The notes under the pieces are model-generated. The model searched no databases. It was not told the DNA's origin and worked only from the letters and a program-made list of their open reading frames with translations. A DNA stretch of 63,924 bases, counting the filler, from Aduncisulcus paluster (lineage: Eukaryota), in NCBI GenBank assembly GCA_024181965.1. It is 46 parts of 46 records of this genome, joined end to end, with 100 filler letters (N's around TTAATTAATTAA, not from the genome) between each part and the next. Parts side by side here need not be neighbours in the genome. Positions count along the whole stretch, not along the records: positions 1 to 1,877 come from BQXS01001556.1; positions 1,978 to 3,192 come from BQXS01001557.1; positions 3,293 to 5,453 come from BQXS01001560.1; positions 5,554 to 7,210 come from BQXS01001561.1; positions 7,311 to 8,602 come from BQXS01001566.1; positions 8,703 to 10,015 come from BQXS01001573.1; positions 10,116 to 11,444 come from BQXS01001582.1; 39 more parts are not named here. The stretch is one strand, 5' to 3'. The translations under genes were made by a program, and so were the position numbers. Positions 1 through 11,544 of this stretch are shown here, one piece after another; position 1 is the first letter of the stretch; each line of letters opens with the position of its first letter.

Positions 1-221
1 AATAAACCATTCTCTTGTAATGTATTAAAAACTTTTAGATATTTTATTTGATTGTTTATGATATATTTTGATTCATCTTTAAATAGCAAACCAATTAAGC
101 TACTATGTATTTTATAATCTTTTGTACCAATTATATTTTCTACTTTCTCTTTTAGAACAGAACCGCTTAAAAAAGTGGTAAATAATATACTTGTTACAAT
201 AACTACAAAAAATCTAGACAT
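1..221 (-). CDS. Hypothetical exported protein, N-terminal part (Campylobacterota)
   Basis: ATG at 221 just after the rlmB stop; MSRFFVVIVTSILFTTFLSG looks like a signal peptide; open to the fragment edge. Confidence 0.6.
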   Translation of the reverse strand, partial: MSRFFVVIVTSILFTTFLSGSVLKEKVENIIGTKDYKIHSSLIGLLFKDESKYIINNQIKYLKVFNTLQENGL

Positions 222-223
222 TT

Positions 224-942
224 TTATTTTAGCTCATATATTAAAATACCAGCAGCAACTGATACATTTAAACTATCAAAATCATTTTCCATATTTATAG
301 AAACTTTTAGATCAAGTTTTTTCTTCAATTTATTTGACAATCCATCACCTTCATTTCCTAAAAATAAAGCTGTTTTTTGATTTTTTTCTCTTTGGATATC
401 TTTTACTTCATATCCTTCCATATCAGCTCCAACAAGTGAAAAACCAACTTGTTTTAACTCGTTGGCTAAGTCATAACTATTATATGAAATAGCTATTGGC
501 ATATCTAACATAGCACCAGAACTTGTACGAACAATAGGCGCTGCATAAAAGTTTTTTAAACCACAGATGATAACTGAATCTACACCCATAGCGTAACAGC
601 TTCTTACAATCGCACCGATATTTCCAACATCACTAAGACCATCTAAAACAACAATAAAGTCGCTTTTTTTCACATCTTTCATATGTGCAAATTCAAATTC
701 ATCGATATCCAGTAAAAATCCTTGATGATTTCCACCTTTTGCCAATGCTTGTGCTTTTTTATTATCAGGACGAACTATTTTTGCCCCAACATCCATAAAC
801 TTNNNNNNNNNNNNNNNNNNNNNNNNNNCATAAACTTATTAAAAAGTTTTTTATCTATCTCTTTTGTTAAAAAGATCTGTTTTATCATTTTTGGATGTTT
901 TTCCAAAATATAAAATACTATTTGTTTTCCATATACTATCAT
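224..942 (-). CDS. rlmB: 23S rRNA 2'-O-methyltransferase, TrmH/SpoU family (RlmB)
   Basis: MIVYGKQIV start at 942; motifs VLDGLSDVGNIGAIVRS, LGNEGDG, DSLNVSVAAGI; interrupted by an N gap. Confidence 0.9.
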
Positions 943-1045
943 GCTATTAGTATATCTAAAATTTACTTATTTTTAAAATAGGCTATTTTTACTTTTTAAA
1001 GTGTAAAGAGATAAGTTTTTCTAAANNNNNNNNNNNNNNNNNNNN

Positions 1046-1712
1046 TTACGATTAATTTTGCTGCATAAATAAGAAGTCTAGTAGATACCGCTTCTTGGAT
1101 ATCTGTATCGCTTAGATTTCTAATCTCTCCAGCGATTGCTACTAGTTTTGAAGCGATTTGCTCATCTACTCCTGATTCTTTTAAAATAACCTCTTTTTCA
1201 ATATCTGCTTTTGGATAGTTAAACTCCATAGAGATAAATCTTTGTTTTGTACTAGGTTTCATTCCCTTTAATACATTTTGATACCCTGGATTATAAGAAA
1301 CTACAAGCATAAAATCTGGATGCGCAACTATAACTTCCCCTGTTCTATCAATTGGTAATACTCGTCTATAATCTGCTAATGAGTGAAGTACAACTGTAGT
1401 ATCTTTTCTTGCTTCTATTATCTCATCTAAATAACAAATACCACCTTCTCTTACTGCTTTTGTTAGTGGACCGTCTTGCCAAAAAGTACCTGTTTCATCG
1501 ATAAGATGTCGACCTATTAAATCTGCACTGCTTAAATCATCATGACATACTACTGTGTATACTTTTCTGTTAAGTTTTTCACCCATATGTTCTATAAATC
1601 TTGTTTTACCACAACCTGTTGGTCCTTTTATCAGAACTGGTAAATCCATAGAAGCTGCTGCTTCAAATAATTCTACTTCATTTTCTTGTGCTAAATAATA
1701 TGTATCTGACAT
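1046..1712 (-). CDS. norQ: NorQ/CbbQ/NirQ-type AAA+ ATPase; C-terminus lost in the gap
   Basis: GPTGCGKT Walker A, YLDEIIEARKD, SYNPGYQ, STRLLIYAA; adjacent to a NorD-like tail. Confidence 0.85.
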
Positions 1713-1734
1713 TTTTATTCCTTCTTCTATTTAA

Positions 1735-1877
1735 TTATTTTGTTAAATTTATATATACTTCGGGTATCACTTTAGGTAATTTTTGACCATCTCTTACCAC
1801 TGCAAAACCATTTCTCCCAAATAAATAACTCAAGTACTCTTTTGCATCTACATCTACAGTAATACAAAAAGGTGTTA
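1735..1877 (-). CDS. norD: NorD/CbbO-type VWA activator, C-terminal fragment
   Basis: TPFCITVDVDAKEYLSYLFG...LPKVIPEVYINLTK* matches the typical NorD end; lies directly upstream of norQ. Confidence 0.75.
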
Positions 1878-1977
1878 NNNNNNNNNNNNNNNNNNNNNNN
1901 NNNNNNNNNNNNNNNNNNNNNTTAATTAATTAANNNNNNNNNNNNNNNNNNNNNNNNNNNNNNNNNNNNNNNNNNNN
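1878..1977. other. Artificial scaffold-joining spacer N44-TTAATTAATTAA-N44 (first of 45; others have cores at e.g. 3237, 5498, 7255 ... 62840)
   Basis: Identical 12-mer with stops in all six frames, flanked by N runs; GC content and apparent taxon switch abruptly across many of them. Confidence 0.98.
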
Positions 1978-2307
1978 ATAGGGGACGAGATACAGGGGTG
2001 CAAAAAGTGGCAAAAAAGGGTTTTTTTAGAATAACTTTAAGTCACTTGGGTTTTCTTATTGCTACATGAATATATAAATAAATCCTTCTATTTATATTTT
2101 AAATAATTAATCGACTCATGCGGTACAGGAGATTTTTGACAAAGCAATTTGGTGTCAGTATAGGTAACAATAATAATGGATTATCACGGTATGTAATACT
2201 TTAGCGGCTAATAATATAAATTTAACCTCGGAATTAAATTTTATGGATTTATTTAACCAAATATTCATCATTCTGATCATTCATTAGAAACTTTTACCGG
2301 GGAACTG

Positions 2308-2733
2308 GTGAAGACCCTAGGGAGATTTCTCCCTGGTAGTACCCCAATTTTGTCAACGGTAGAAAAAGCCGATTGTTTCTACCAGGCCTTATTGGTAGGG
2401 ATGGGCTACCCAAGTTCGATAATAGCGTATCTGGCCCCAGCCCTCAAGGCCAGGACGGTCCTGAACCTCTACGTGAGTGGACGTCTCAATGAGGAAGAAT
2501 TTGTGCACGATTGTCAACCGTCAACCCTGGCACACAATGCCCACTATATGCAGGCGGCAAAGGACGCAGGTATATGTCTTTGGTTCTTCTGCATGGCCGA
2601 CAAGGAGGTTGCCATCTACAACGCCACCGACGATGGACCCCATACCAGAGTATGCATCGGATGGCATGATCGGCACGTTCGCCCTCTCTCATTCCGCCGA
2701 CCTCCATCTGCGGGTGTATTAGTGTTGGTTTAA
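2308..2733 (+). CDS. Eukaryotic ORF with a possible OTU-like cysteine protease motif
   Basis: GC-richer island in AT-rich flanks; ADCFYQAL ... WHDRHVRPL spacing resembles the OTU Cys and His boxes. Confidence 0.35.
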   Translation: MKTLGRFLPGSTPILSTVEKADCFYQALLVGMGYPSSIIAYLAPALKARTVLNLYVSGRLNEEEFVHDCQPSTLAHNAHYMQAAKDAGICLWFFCMADKEVAIYNATDDGPHTRVCIGWHDRHVRPLSFRRPPSAGVLVLV

Positions 2734-3292
2734 TAACCTTTATAATGATGGTGGAGCAAATTTACTAGTTTGAGAATAAAAGAATGCGCGAAGAAAGGTA
2801 AAATATAGTCTGTAAAGAAACACAAAAACTTTCAAATATGATCTTCGGTAATAGGATGGTAATAGACATTCTGATATCGAAGTAAATATATTAATTAAAA
2901 TCGTATTATAAAATATATATTAAATATTCAATAATAATACTCCTTAAAGAAAATAATAAAAACGTCTGCTTTTGGCAACAGCCGTGTTATTCTAACACTG
3001 CCCCTCCTTTCAAAGGGATTAACAATAAATAATGCGGATGTTCCAAAACGTTATTTCTTCTTCCTGCCTCTTTTCTTGGAAGGACGTTCCCCACTCTGAA
3101 TCACCGCAGAAAAGATTTCGGGGTGTTGTAATAAGTAAATTTCAAATGGAATCAGCTCCAATACGTCTTTTAACGTGAGCCATTGTTCAGAGNNNNNNNN
3201 NNNNNNNNNNNNNNNNNNNNNNNNNNNNNNNNNNNNTTAATTAATTAANNNNNNNNNNNNNNNNNNNNNNNNNNNNNNNNNNNNNNNNNNNN

Positions 3293-3455
3293 CGGCACCG
3301 TGGGTCCCGTCGGCAGCGCGCAGGAACGAGGCCAGCTGGGCCGCATCCTGGGGCAACCGATCACCTCAGCGCAACAGCTGGTGCTCGGGCCTATCGCCCG
3401 GGGTGCCATCGTGACCCGCACCGAGGACCTGCAGGGTGAGGGAGGTGCTCGATGA
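3293..3455 (+). CDS. Mce family protein (MceA-like), C-terminus
   Basis: GTVGPVGSAQER...LVLGPIARG; stop overlaps the next ATG. Confidence 0.7.
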
Positions 3456-4584
3456 GAGGCACGGCAACGCGCGGCCCGGTGATCGGATTGGCGGTCTTCC
3501 TGGTGATCGCCACCGCACTGACCTGGCTCGTGTATGTCACGCTGCGCCGGGATGTCAAGGGCTCCACAGTGTCCTACGCAGCCATGTTCACCGACGTCTT
3601 CGGGCTGCGCGAGGGCGATGACGTGCGGATCGCCGGCGTGCGTGTCGGACGGATCCAGCACATCGAGCTCATCGGCACCACCGCCAAGGTGAGCTTCGCC
3701 ATCCAGGACAACCAGCGTCTGCCGGTCAGCACCACCGCATCGGTGACTTATCAGAACATCGTGGGTCAGCGTTATCTCGCGTTGGCACAGTCAAATTCGG
3801 GCCCGGCCGGACTGCTGGCCCCGGGCGCTGTCATTCCTGTCGAGCGCACCGAGCCCTCCTTCGATATCGGCACCCTGCTCAATGGATACGAGCCGCTCTT
3901 CGCGGTGCTGGATCCGGCGCAGGTGAACAACCTCACCCAGGCCGTCATCGGATCGCTGCAGGGGGATACCGCGTCTTTCGCCACCCTGGTGGACCAGACA
4001 TCGACATTGACAAAGACATTCACGGGGCGCGACGACGCACTGGATCATGTGATAGCGAGCCTGGACAACGTGGTGGGCAGTCTGGCGGCGCAGAACCGGG
4101 ACTTCGAGGATGCTATCCGCGCGACCCGTCAGGTGGTGGGCCAGTTCGACAGCCGCCGTCCCGAGCTGGTGTCGTCGGTGGGGAAGATGACCGAGGTGGT
4201 GAGGAGCCTGTCCCGGATCGCCCGGGATGTGGACCCGCCGGTGNNNNNNNNNNNNNNNNNNNNNNNNNNNNNNNNNNNNNNNNNNNNNNNNNNNNNNNNN
4301 NNNNNNNNNNNNNNNNNNNNNNNNNNNNNNNNGGTTACACCCGGCACATGCTGAACATCGAACCGCAGATCGCGTACACGGGACTCAACACACCGCTATT
4401 CCTCAAGGGACTGGCGCGCATGTTCGGTGAGGGCGCCTACATGAACGCGTACGCCTGCGATGTGAACCCCTACGGATTTTTCCCAGGGCTCAACGAGGTG
4501 GTCCCGATCATCGTGGACGCGGCCACGCCGGGAAACAAGGCCAAGCACACCGCACGGTGCCGGAACGCGGGAGATGGTGGCTGA
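3452..4584 (+). CDS. Mce family protein (MceB-like, MlaD domain), mycobacterial
   Basis: FTDVFGLREGDDVRIAGVRVG and YQNIVGQRYLAL; spans an N gap. Confidence 0.9.
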
Positions 4585-5453
4585 TGATCAGACCGCTGGA
4601 CTCCTACAACAAGACCTGGCTCGGTGTGATCGCCGTGGCCGTGATCGCCGCACTCATCGGTGGCCTGTTGCTGGTGAAGGACCTGGGAATCGGATACNNN
4701 NNNNNNNNNNNNNNNNNNNNNNNNNNNNNNNNNNNNNNNNNNNNNNNNNNNNNNNNNNNNNNNNNNNNNNNNNNNNNNNNNNNNNNNNNNNNNNNNNNNN
4801 NNNNNNNNNTGCAGGCGGCCGCGCTGCGACCGGGCAATATCGTCACCGTCGCCGGCGTGCAGGTCGGTTCGGTCACCGGTGTGCGATTGGCAGGTGACCG
4901 CGTGGAGGCCACCTTCCGAGTGCGCGACAACATGCCGGTCGGTGCCGAGTCGCGCGCCGCCATCAAGATCACCACCCTCTTCGGGTCCCGGTATGTCGAC
5001 CTGCGACCGGCCGGCAGTGGCATGCCGGCAGATCGCCGGATCGACCTGCAACACACGGAGGTTCCGTACGACTTGCAAGCCGCGCTGGCCGACTCCACCC
5101 GCACCTTCGAACAGGTGGACGCCGATCGGATTGCCTCGTCGCTCAACGTGCTGGGTACCCAGCTTGACGGGCTACCCGACGTGGTACCGCAGGCCATGGA
5201 GAACGTGCGCGCCCTGTCCTCGGTCATCGCGCAACGGCGCGACCAGTTGGGCACCCTGCTGACGAGCACCGAAAGCGTCACCAGCATGCTGCGCCGCCAG
5301 CAGTCCGATATCGGCACGTTCATCCACCAGGGGCAGGAGCTGGTGGGGGAGTTCGTGGCCCGCTCGGCTGCCTTCCACGCCATGATGCGCTCGCTGCAGA
5401 GCATCGTGGCATCCCTGCGCACCATCGTGGTCGGTGATCACCGCGCGCTCGAC
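4584..5453 (+). CDS. Mce family protein (MceC-like), partial
   Basis: AAALRPGNIVTVAGVQVGSV, IKITTLFGSRYVDL, TEVPYDLQ; TGATG overlap with the upstream gene. Confidence 0.9.
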
Positions 5454-5553
5454 NNNNNNNNNNNNNNNNNNNNNNNNNNNNNNNNNNNNNNNNNNNNTTA
5501 ATTAATTAANNNNNNNNNNNNNNNNNNNNNNNNNNNNNNNNNNNNNNNNNNNN

Positions 5554-7210
5554 CAACGACCCGACCCTGATGTTCACCAATGCCGGCATGGTGCAGTTCA
5601 AGAACGTCTTCACCGGCGTCGAGAAGCGCGGCTATCAGCGCGCCACGACCTCGCAGAAATGCGTCCGCGCCGGCGGCAAGCACAACGACCTCGACAATGT
5701 CGGCTACACCGCGCGCCATCTCACCTTCTTCGAGATGCTCGGCAACTTCTCGTTCGGCGACTACTTCAAGGAACGCGCGATCGAGCTCGCCTGGAATCTG
5801 ATTACCAGGGATTTCGGGCTGAAGAAGGACAAGCTGCTCGTCACCGTCTACCACACCGACGACGAGGCGGCCGGCTACTGGAAGAAGATCGCGGGCTTCT
5901 CGGACGATCGCATCATCCGCATCCCGACCTCGGACAATTTCTGGGCGATGGGCGACACCGGCCCGTGCGGTCCGTGCTCCGAGATCTTCATCGATCGCGG
6001 CGAGCACATCTGGGGCGGACCTCCCGGCAGCCCGGAAGAGGATGGCGATCGGTTCCTCGAATTCTGGAACCTGGTGTTCATGCAGTACGAGCAGGTGACG
6101 AAGGAGGAGCGCGTGGCGCTGCCGCGTCCCTCGATCGACACCGGCATGGGCCTGGAGCGTATGGCCTGCATCCTGCAGGGCGTCGAGAGCGTGTTCGAGA
6201 CCGATCTGTTCCGCCATCTGATCGATGCGGCTTCCTCGGCGCTCGGTCATGGGCCGAACGCGCAGAACGTCGCGTCGTACCGGGTGATCGCCGACCATCT
6301 GCGTTCGTCGGCGTTCCTGATCGCCGACGGCGTGCTGCCCTCGAACGAGGGCCGCGGCTACGTGCTGCGCCGGATCATGCGCCGCGCGATGCGCCATGCG
6401 CAGCTGCTCGGCGCGAGCGAGCCGCTGATGCATCNNNNNNNNNNNNNNNNNNNNNNNNNNNNNNNNNNNNNNNNNNNNNNNNNNTGCATCGCCTGGTCTG
6501 GGCGCTGGTCCGCGAGATGGGCCAGGCCTATCCGGACCTGGTGCGCGCGGAGAAGCTGATCGAGGAGACGCTGCAGCTCGAAGAGACCCGCTTCCGCAAG
6601 ACGCTGGTGCGGGGCCTGTCGATCCTCGACGAGAAGAGCGCCGGCCTCAAGAAGGGCGACATGTTCGACGGCGACACCGCGTTCACGCTGTACGACACCT
6701 ACGGCTTCCCGCTGGATTTGACACAGGACGCGTTGAAGTCGCGCGGCATCAGCGTCGACCAGGCATCGTTCACCGATGCAATGAACCGCCAGCGCGAGAA
6801 GGCGCGCGCCTCCTGGGCCGGATCGGGCGAGGCGGCAACCGAGACGATCTGGTTTCCGCTGCGCGAGAAGCTCGGCGCAACGGAGTTTTTGGGCTATGAG
6901 ACCGAGAGCGCGGAAGGCGCGGTGACGGCGCTGGTCAAGGACGGCGCCGAGGTCGATAGCCTCAAGGCCGGCGAGAGCGGCGCGATCGTGCTGAACCAGA
7001 CGCCGTTCTACGCGGAGTCCGGCGGCCAGGTCGGCGATATCGGCGTGCTCACGGGCGAGGGCGTCAAATTCCGCGTCACCGACATGCAGAAGAAGGCCGG
7101 CGATCTGTTCGTGCATGTCGGCACGGTGGAGCAGGGCACGCTGAAGGCCGGCACGGCGCTGCAGCTCGAGGTCGACCACGCCAGGCGTTCGTCGATCCGC
7201 GCCAACCATT
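5554..7210 (+). CDS. alaS: Alanine--tRNA ligase, internal fragment (Bradyrhizobium-like)
   Basis: [66 protein letters not shown]; the frame change falls at an N gap. Confidence 0.97.
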
Positions 7211-7310
7211 NNNNNNNNNNNNNNNNNNNNNNNNNNNNNNNNNNNNNNNNNNNNTTAATTAATTAANNNNNNNNNNNNNNNNNNNNNNNNNNNNNNNNNN
7301 NNNNNNNNNN

Positions 7311-8084
7311 CAGAAAAAATTGGATGAGTCTTATCTGAAGTGTGTTTATGAATTTGTGTATTTAAAAGATACACTATCATATAAAAAATCAGATGGGGAT
7401 ATGTTGTATCTTCAAATTGGGCATAGTTGTTCTAAATGTTATAGCTATTACTCATACCAGGTTGACTCTTTACTATGCACTCCGGATTACGAAAAAAAAA
7501 TTTGGAAGATCTTCAATCATGTAATAGATAAGGAAGGGAGTACATCTTCTAATTATCCACACAAGCGAATGAAGACTTATGTGTATAAAAATTACCCTGA
7601 GGGAAAAATTACCGTTACCGATGGACTTTCCTTACAGGATTATATTTATGAAGATGAACTGAATGCACAAAACTGGGAAATTTTGGATAGTACCAAAACA
7701 ATTCTGGATAATCCATGTCAGCTGGCTAGTTGTACTTTCCGTGGCAGACAATGGATGGCATGGTTTACACCTGAAATCCCTATAAGTGATGGGCCATGGA
7801 AATTTGGAGGTTTGCCCGGTTTAATTTTGGAGGTTCATGACATAGGTAAGCAATACAATTTTGTGATAATAGGAATAGAAAAAAAAGAAGAGCCAATTTT
7901 CTTTAGTAAGACATACGTAGGGAGTAAGAAGTTTGGAAAAACAAAACGACTTGAATTCCTAAAAGCAAAAAAATCTTACTTAATGAATATGAGTGGTTAT
8001 ATTGAAATGGAAAGTGGTATTGATCTAGGAAGTAATTCTTCACAAAAAATTATGCGCTACGATTTAATTGAGCGTGATTATTAG
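7311..8084 (+). CDS. GLPGLI family protein (Bacteroidota)
   Basis: FRGRQWMAWFTPEIPISDGPWKFGGLPGLILE. Confidence 0.92.
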   Translation, partial: QKKLDESYLKCVYEFVYLKDTLSYKKSDGDMLYLQIGHSCSKCYSYYSYQVDSLLCTPDYEKKIWKIFNHVIDKEGSTSSNYPHKRMKTYVYKNYPEGKITVTDGLSLQDYIYEDELNAQNWEILDSTKTILDNPCQLASCTFRGRQWMAWFTPEIPISDGPWKFGGLPGLILEVHDIGKQYNFVIIGIEKKEEPIFFSKTYVGSKKFGKTKRLEFLKAKKSYLMNMSGYIEMESGIDLGSNSSQKIMRYDLIERDY

Positions 8085-8094
8085 TTAAATATAC

Positions 8095-8602
8095 ATGGAA
8101 ACAGGTAATTATTTTATATCACTACTTTTATACCATTTTCGCTTACTGGGTATAAAGTGTAGCCCTTGGCAATTGGAGTTAGTACTGAAATCTTCGCCAT
8201 CTTATCCTTCTTTATTGTCTATTATACAGGTATATACTTATTTTGGATTAAAGACGAGCGCATATCGGGCCGATTATATTGCTCTCAAAAAAATATCACA
8301 GCCTGTTATTGTCCAAATCAATAATGACGATTCCCATAAATTTGTTTTGGTTTATGCTATTTCAGATCTTAAGGTAAGATATTATGATGCTTCTATTTCT
8401 AAAGAAATGGTGATTTCTAGAGATGATTTTCTTGCTATGTGGACAGGAGTATTATTGAAGGCTGAACAGATAGAACAAGTAAGTAATAAGGTAATTGTTA
8501 AAGCTTCGAATAAAATAAAAGAATATGTATTAGTACCTTTTATTTTTCTGAGTTTAGTTCTTTTAAGTGTTGTGAATATAGAGGAGTTAAAGCCTTTATT
8601 AC
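8095..8602 (+). CDS. Peptidase C39-like domain membrane protein (probably C39-VKOR-thioredoxin type), N-terminal part
   Basis: SSPSYPSLLSI, HKFVLV, ISRDDFLAMWTGVLL, then a TM helix; no QxxxxDCG catalytic Cys box. Confidence 0.7.
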
Positions 8603-8702
8603 NNNNNNNNNNNNNNNNNNNNNNNNNNNNNNNNNNNNNNNNNNNNTTAATTAATTAANNNNNNNNNNNNNNNNNNNNNNNNNNNNNNNNNNNNNNNNNN
8701 NN

Positions 8703-9309
8703 AATCAACAATAAATTTTCCCTTACAGGAACTATTTAGTCTTTCAACAACTTCTATGATATTTAATACACCTTTTTCAGGAATAATCCTTGAAATAAAA
8801 ACAAATCTTTTTATTGTATCAGTCCCGCTCCTCTTTTGTGGCAAATAATTGATTGGCTTAAAATTAGGTAGATACATAGCATTTTTTAAACCAAATTTAT
8901 TGAAGGCTTCCACCATTATTCTACCTTCTAGTACTATCTTATCCAGATTCTTATAATACTTTGGGTTAAACTCTTTACCTAACATCTTTTCAACAGCCCC
9001 TCCTATAACCCAATAAACAGCTTTTTGACTGATTTTTAATTTATTTAGAATGCGTATTAAGTTATAAGCACTTACAGCTGAGCACGAGATTATAATCCTA
9101 TCCAGTCTATATGAGAAAAGCAAGTTAATTACTAATTTCAATAAACAGATTGGATCTCTTTTCCAAGAAAGTGTATCAATTATAATAAGCTTTTTTAAAT
9201 ATTCCTTTTCTAAGTGTTTAATTAACATTTGATTTTTCATTGCAGCCCCATTCTTTGGGGTTTTTCCCATACCAACAGGTCCAACAAATAAAATATTACT
9301 CTTTTTCAT
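8703..9309 (-). CDS. Glycosyltransferase family 4, N-terminal part
   Basis: LPNFKP and FVFISRIIPEKGV motifs. Confidence 0.85.
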
Positions 9310-10015
9310 TATAATCTGTCTTTAAGTAATTGATTTATTTTTTGCATATGTACGTCTACACTGTAGTATTCATTAAATATTTTAGAATATTCAGTAAATA
9401 TGCTTTCAGGGGACTGGCTTTGTTCTTCCAAACGTTTAATTAATTTTTTATCATTATTATCATATGGGATGAGATACTTAAATTGATCTGCTAGCGCTTT
9501 AAAATCATATATACAGTCACTAAATATTGGAATTATGCCATTGGATAAATATGAAGATAATTTCGTGGGAGTTGCTATTCTATTTAATACAATATCCTCT
9601 CTAATTATAAAACCAAATTTACACTCGGATAACGTCTCAGGCAGTTTATTCACTGCTACAAAATCGATCGTGTAGTTTGAGATATTATGAGAATTTAAAA
9701 TCTTCTCAGCTTTCTCTTTTTCCTTTGTTAAAACCTTAAACTTCATGTTAGGAAGTCCACTACTCTGAATGCTTTTATAAAGTAGAACAGTTTCCTCAAA
9801 ACATTGCCATAAATCTAAAGATCCCACATAACAAAAGACATTTTCCTCATACTTCCCTTTTGTAAAAAATATTTCCTCATTAATCTGAGTGTTAAAGCAT
9901 GGCATCACATAATAATTTGACTCATCTAACTTTGTTTTATAATTCTTGATATAAAACTCTTTCTGTGCATTGGAAACGCAGAAAGTTAAAATTGAATTAT
10001 CAATAGCAAATTTTT
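9309..10015 (-). CDS. GT-B-like polysaccharide biosynthesis protein, C-terminal part
   Basis: FCYVGSLDLWQC, FGFIIRED...NRIATPTKLSSYLSNG. Confidence 0.7.
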
Positions 10016-10114
10016 NNNNNNNNNNNNNNNNNNNNNNNNNNNNNNNNNNNNNNNNNNNNTTAATTAATTAANNNNNNNNNNNNNNNNNNNNNNNNNNNNN
10101 NNNNNNNNNNNNNN

Positions 10115-10249
10115 NTAGTGAAAGTAGGTGATACTTTAGGAAAAATCGCCTCTAATCACAACATCAAGTTTAAAAAACTTATGAAAGATAATAATTTAAA
10201 AACAAGTAGAATCAATATAGGAGATAAACTTGTTATTAAATTTAAATAA
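10115..10249 (+). CDS. LysM domain C-terminus (lytic transglycosylase MltD-like)
   Basis: VKVGDTLGKIASNHNI...NNLKTSRINIGDKLVI is a LysM; lies upstream of rlpA. Confidence 0.75.
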   Translation, partial: XVKVGDTLGKIASNHNIKFKKLMKDNNLKTSRINIGDKLVIKFK

Positions 10250-11155
10250 AAAATATATCTTTATTTTTTTAATAGCTATTTTGTTTATGGGATGTAGTTC
10301 CACAAATAGATATGGGTATGTCAATAAAAGTTATTATGAGCCAAATAGTTATTCATCAAGTTATAACAGCACTAATAGTAAGCGTTCATCTGTTAAAGCT
10401 AGCACTTCACAATATACTTCTACTTCAAAAATAAGAAATAGTAAAGCGATGCATAGAGCAACAATGCGTCCTTATGAAGTTTTTGGTAAGAAGTACTATC
10501 CAACAGTTGCTCGAATAAACGATCAGTTAAGAGGAATTGCTTCTTGGTACGGCCCAAAATTTCATGCAAAAAAAACAAGCAACGGTGAGCTTTATAATAT
10601 GTATGCAAATACAGCGGCACATAAAACACTTCCTATGAATACAATGGTAAAAGTGCAGAATTTAGAAAATGGAAAATCTACAATTGTGCGGATCAATGAT
10701 AGAGGACCTTTTGTAAGTGGAAGGATTATAGATCTTTCAAATAAAGCTGCTCATGCTATTGATATGGTAAAAAAAGGTACAGCAAGAGTTCGAGTAACTG
10801 TTATTGGATTTAATGGAAAAATTGCTAGAACAAAAGAGGAAAAGAAAGCTGTACGAAGTATGTCAAATTATTATGTACAAGTTGGAGTATTTGCTAAAAT
10901 TGCAGGTGCAAATGTAACAAAACGAAAATTTGATTTAGTGCTAGANNNNNNNNNNNNNNNNNNNNNNNNNNNNNNNNNNNNNNNNNNNNNNNNNNNNNNN
11001 NNNNNNNNNNNNNNNNNNNNNNNNNNNNNNNNNNNNNNNNNNNNNNNNNNNNNNNNNNNNNNNNNGTTTGGATTAGTGGGTTTAGAAGTGAACAAGAAGC
11101 AGAAGATTTTAAAAAGAATTATAATCTAAAAAAAGCTATGATAATAGCTGAATAA
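10230..11155 (+). CDS. rlpA: Septal ring lytic transglycosylase RlpA lipoprotein
   Basis: Lipobox FMGC, GIASWYGPKFH, AAHKTLP, VRINDRGPF, IDLS; SPOR tail after the gap. Confidence 0.93.
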
Positions 11156-11164
11156 GGAGTAAAG

Positions 11165-11444
11165 ATGCAAGAGTTAAATAGAGTTACTAAAGAAACAAAA
11201 ATTACTTGTGCTATCGATATACAAGGAACAGGAAAGTCAACAATTAAAACGGGAATAGGTTTTTTTGATCATATGTTAGAAGCTTTTAGTAAACATAGTG
11301 CAATTGACTTGGATCTTAATTGTGAAGGCGATTTACATGTTGACTATCATCATAGTGTAGAAGATTGTGGAATCGTAATAGGACAATTACTAAAAAAAGA
11401 GATATTTCCTATAGAAAATGTTGAAAGATATGGAAATGCTACAG
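11165..11444 (+). CDS. hisB: Imidazoleglycerol-phosphate dehydratase, N-terminal part
   Basis: RVTKETKI, TGIGFFDHML, GDLHVDYHHSVED. Confidence 0.95.
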
Positions 11445-11544
11445 NNNNNNNNNNNNNNNNNNNNNNNNNNNNNNNNNNNNNNNNNNNNTTAATTAATTAA
11501 NNNNNNNNNNNNNNNNNNNNNNNNNNNNNNNNNNNNNNNNNNNN

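Noticed and set aside
943-1046. norQ-rlmB operon
   Set aside because: The norQ C-terminus is missing at a nominal ~20-N gap, so distance and linkage are unverified
1922-1933. Recurrent TTAATTAATTAA as a biological repeat; ORFs ending in LIN
   Set aside because: Always embedded in N44 flanks at fragment joins; an assembly linker, so adjacency across it is meaningless
6434-6485. Frameshifts in alaS (also mceB, rlpA, gluD, fabH, ispA and others)
   Set aside because: All coincide with N gaps of estimated size; not evidence for pseudogenes or recoding
3293-7210. Mycobacterial and Bradyrhizobium-like genes as horizontal transfers into the protist
   Set aside because: Separate fragments with bacterial operon structure; both groups are common culture or reagent contaminants
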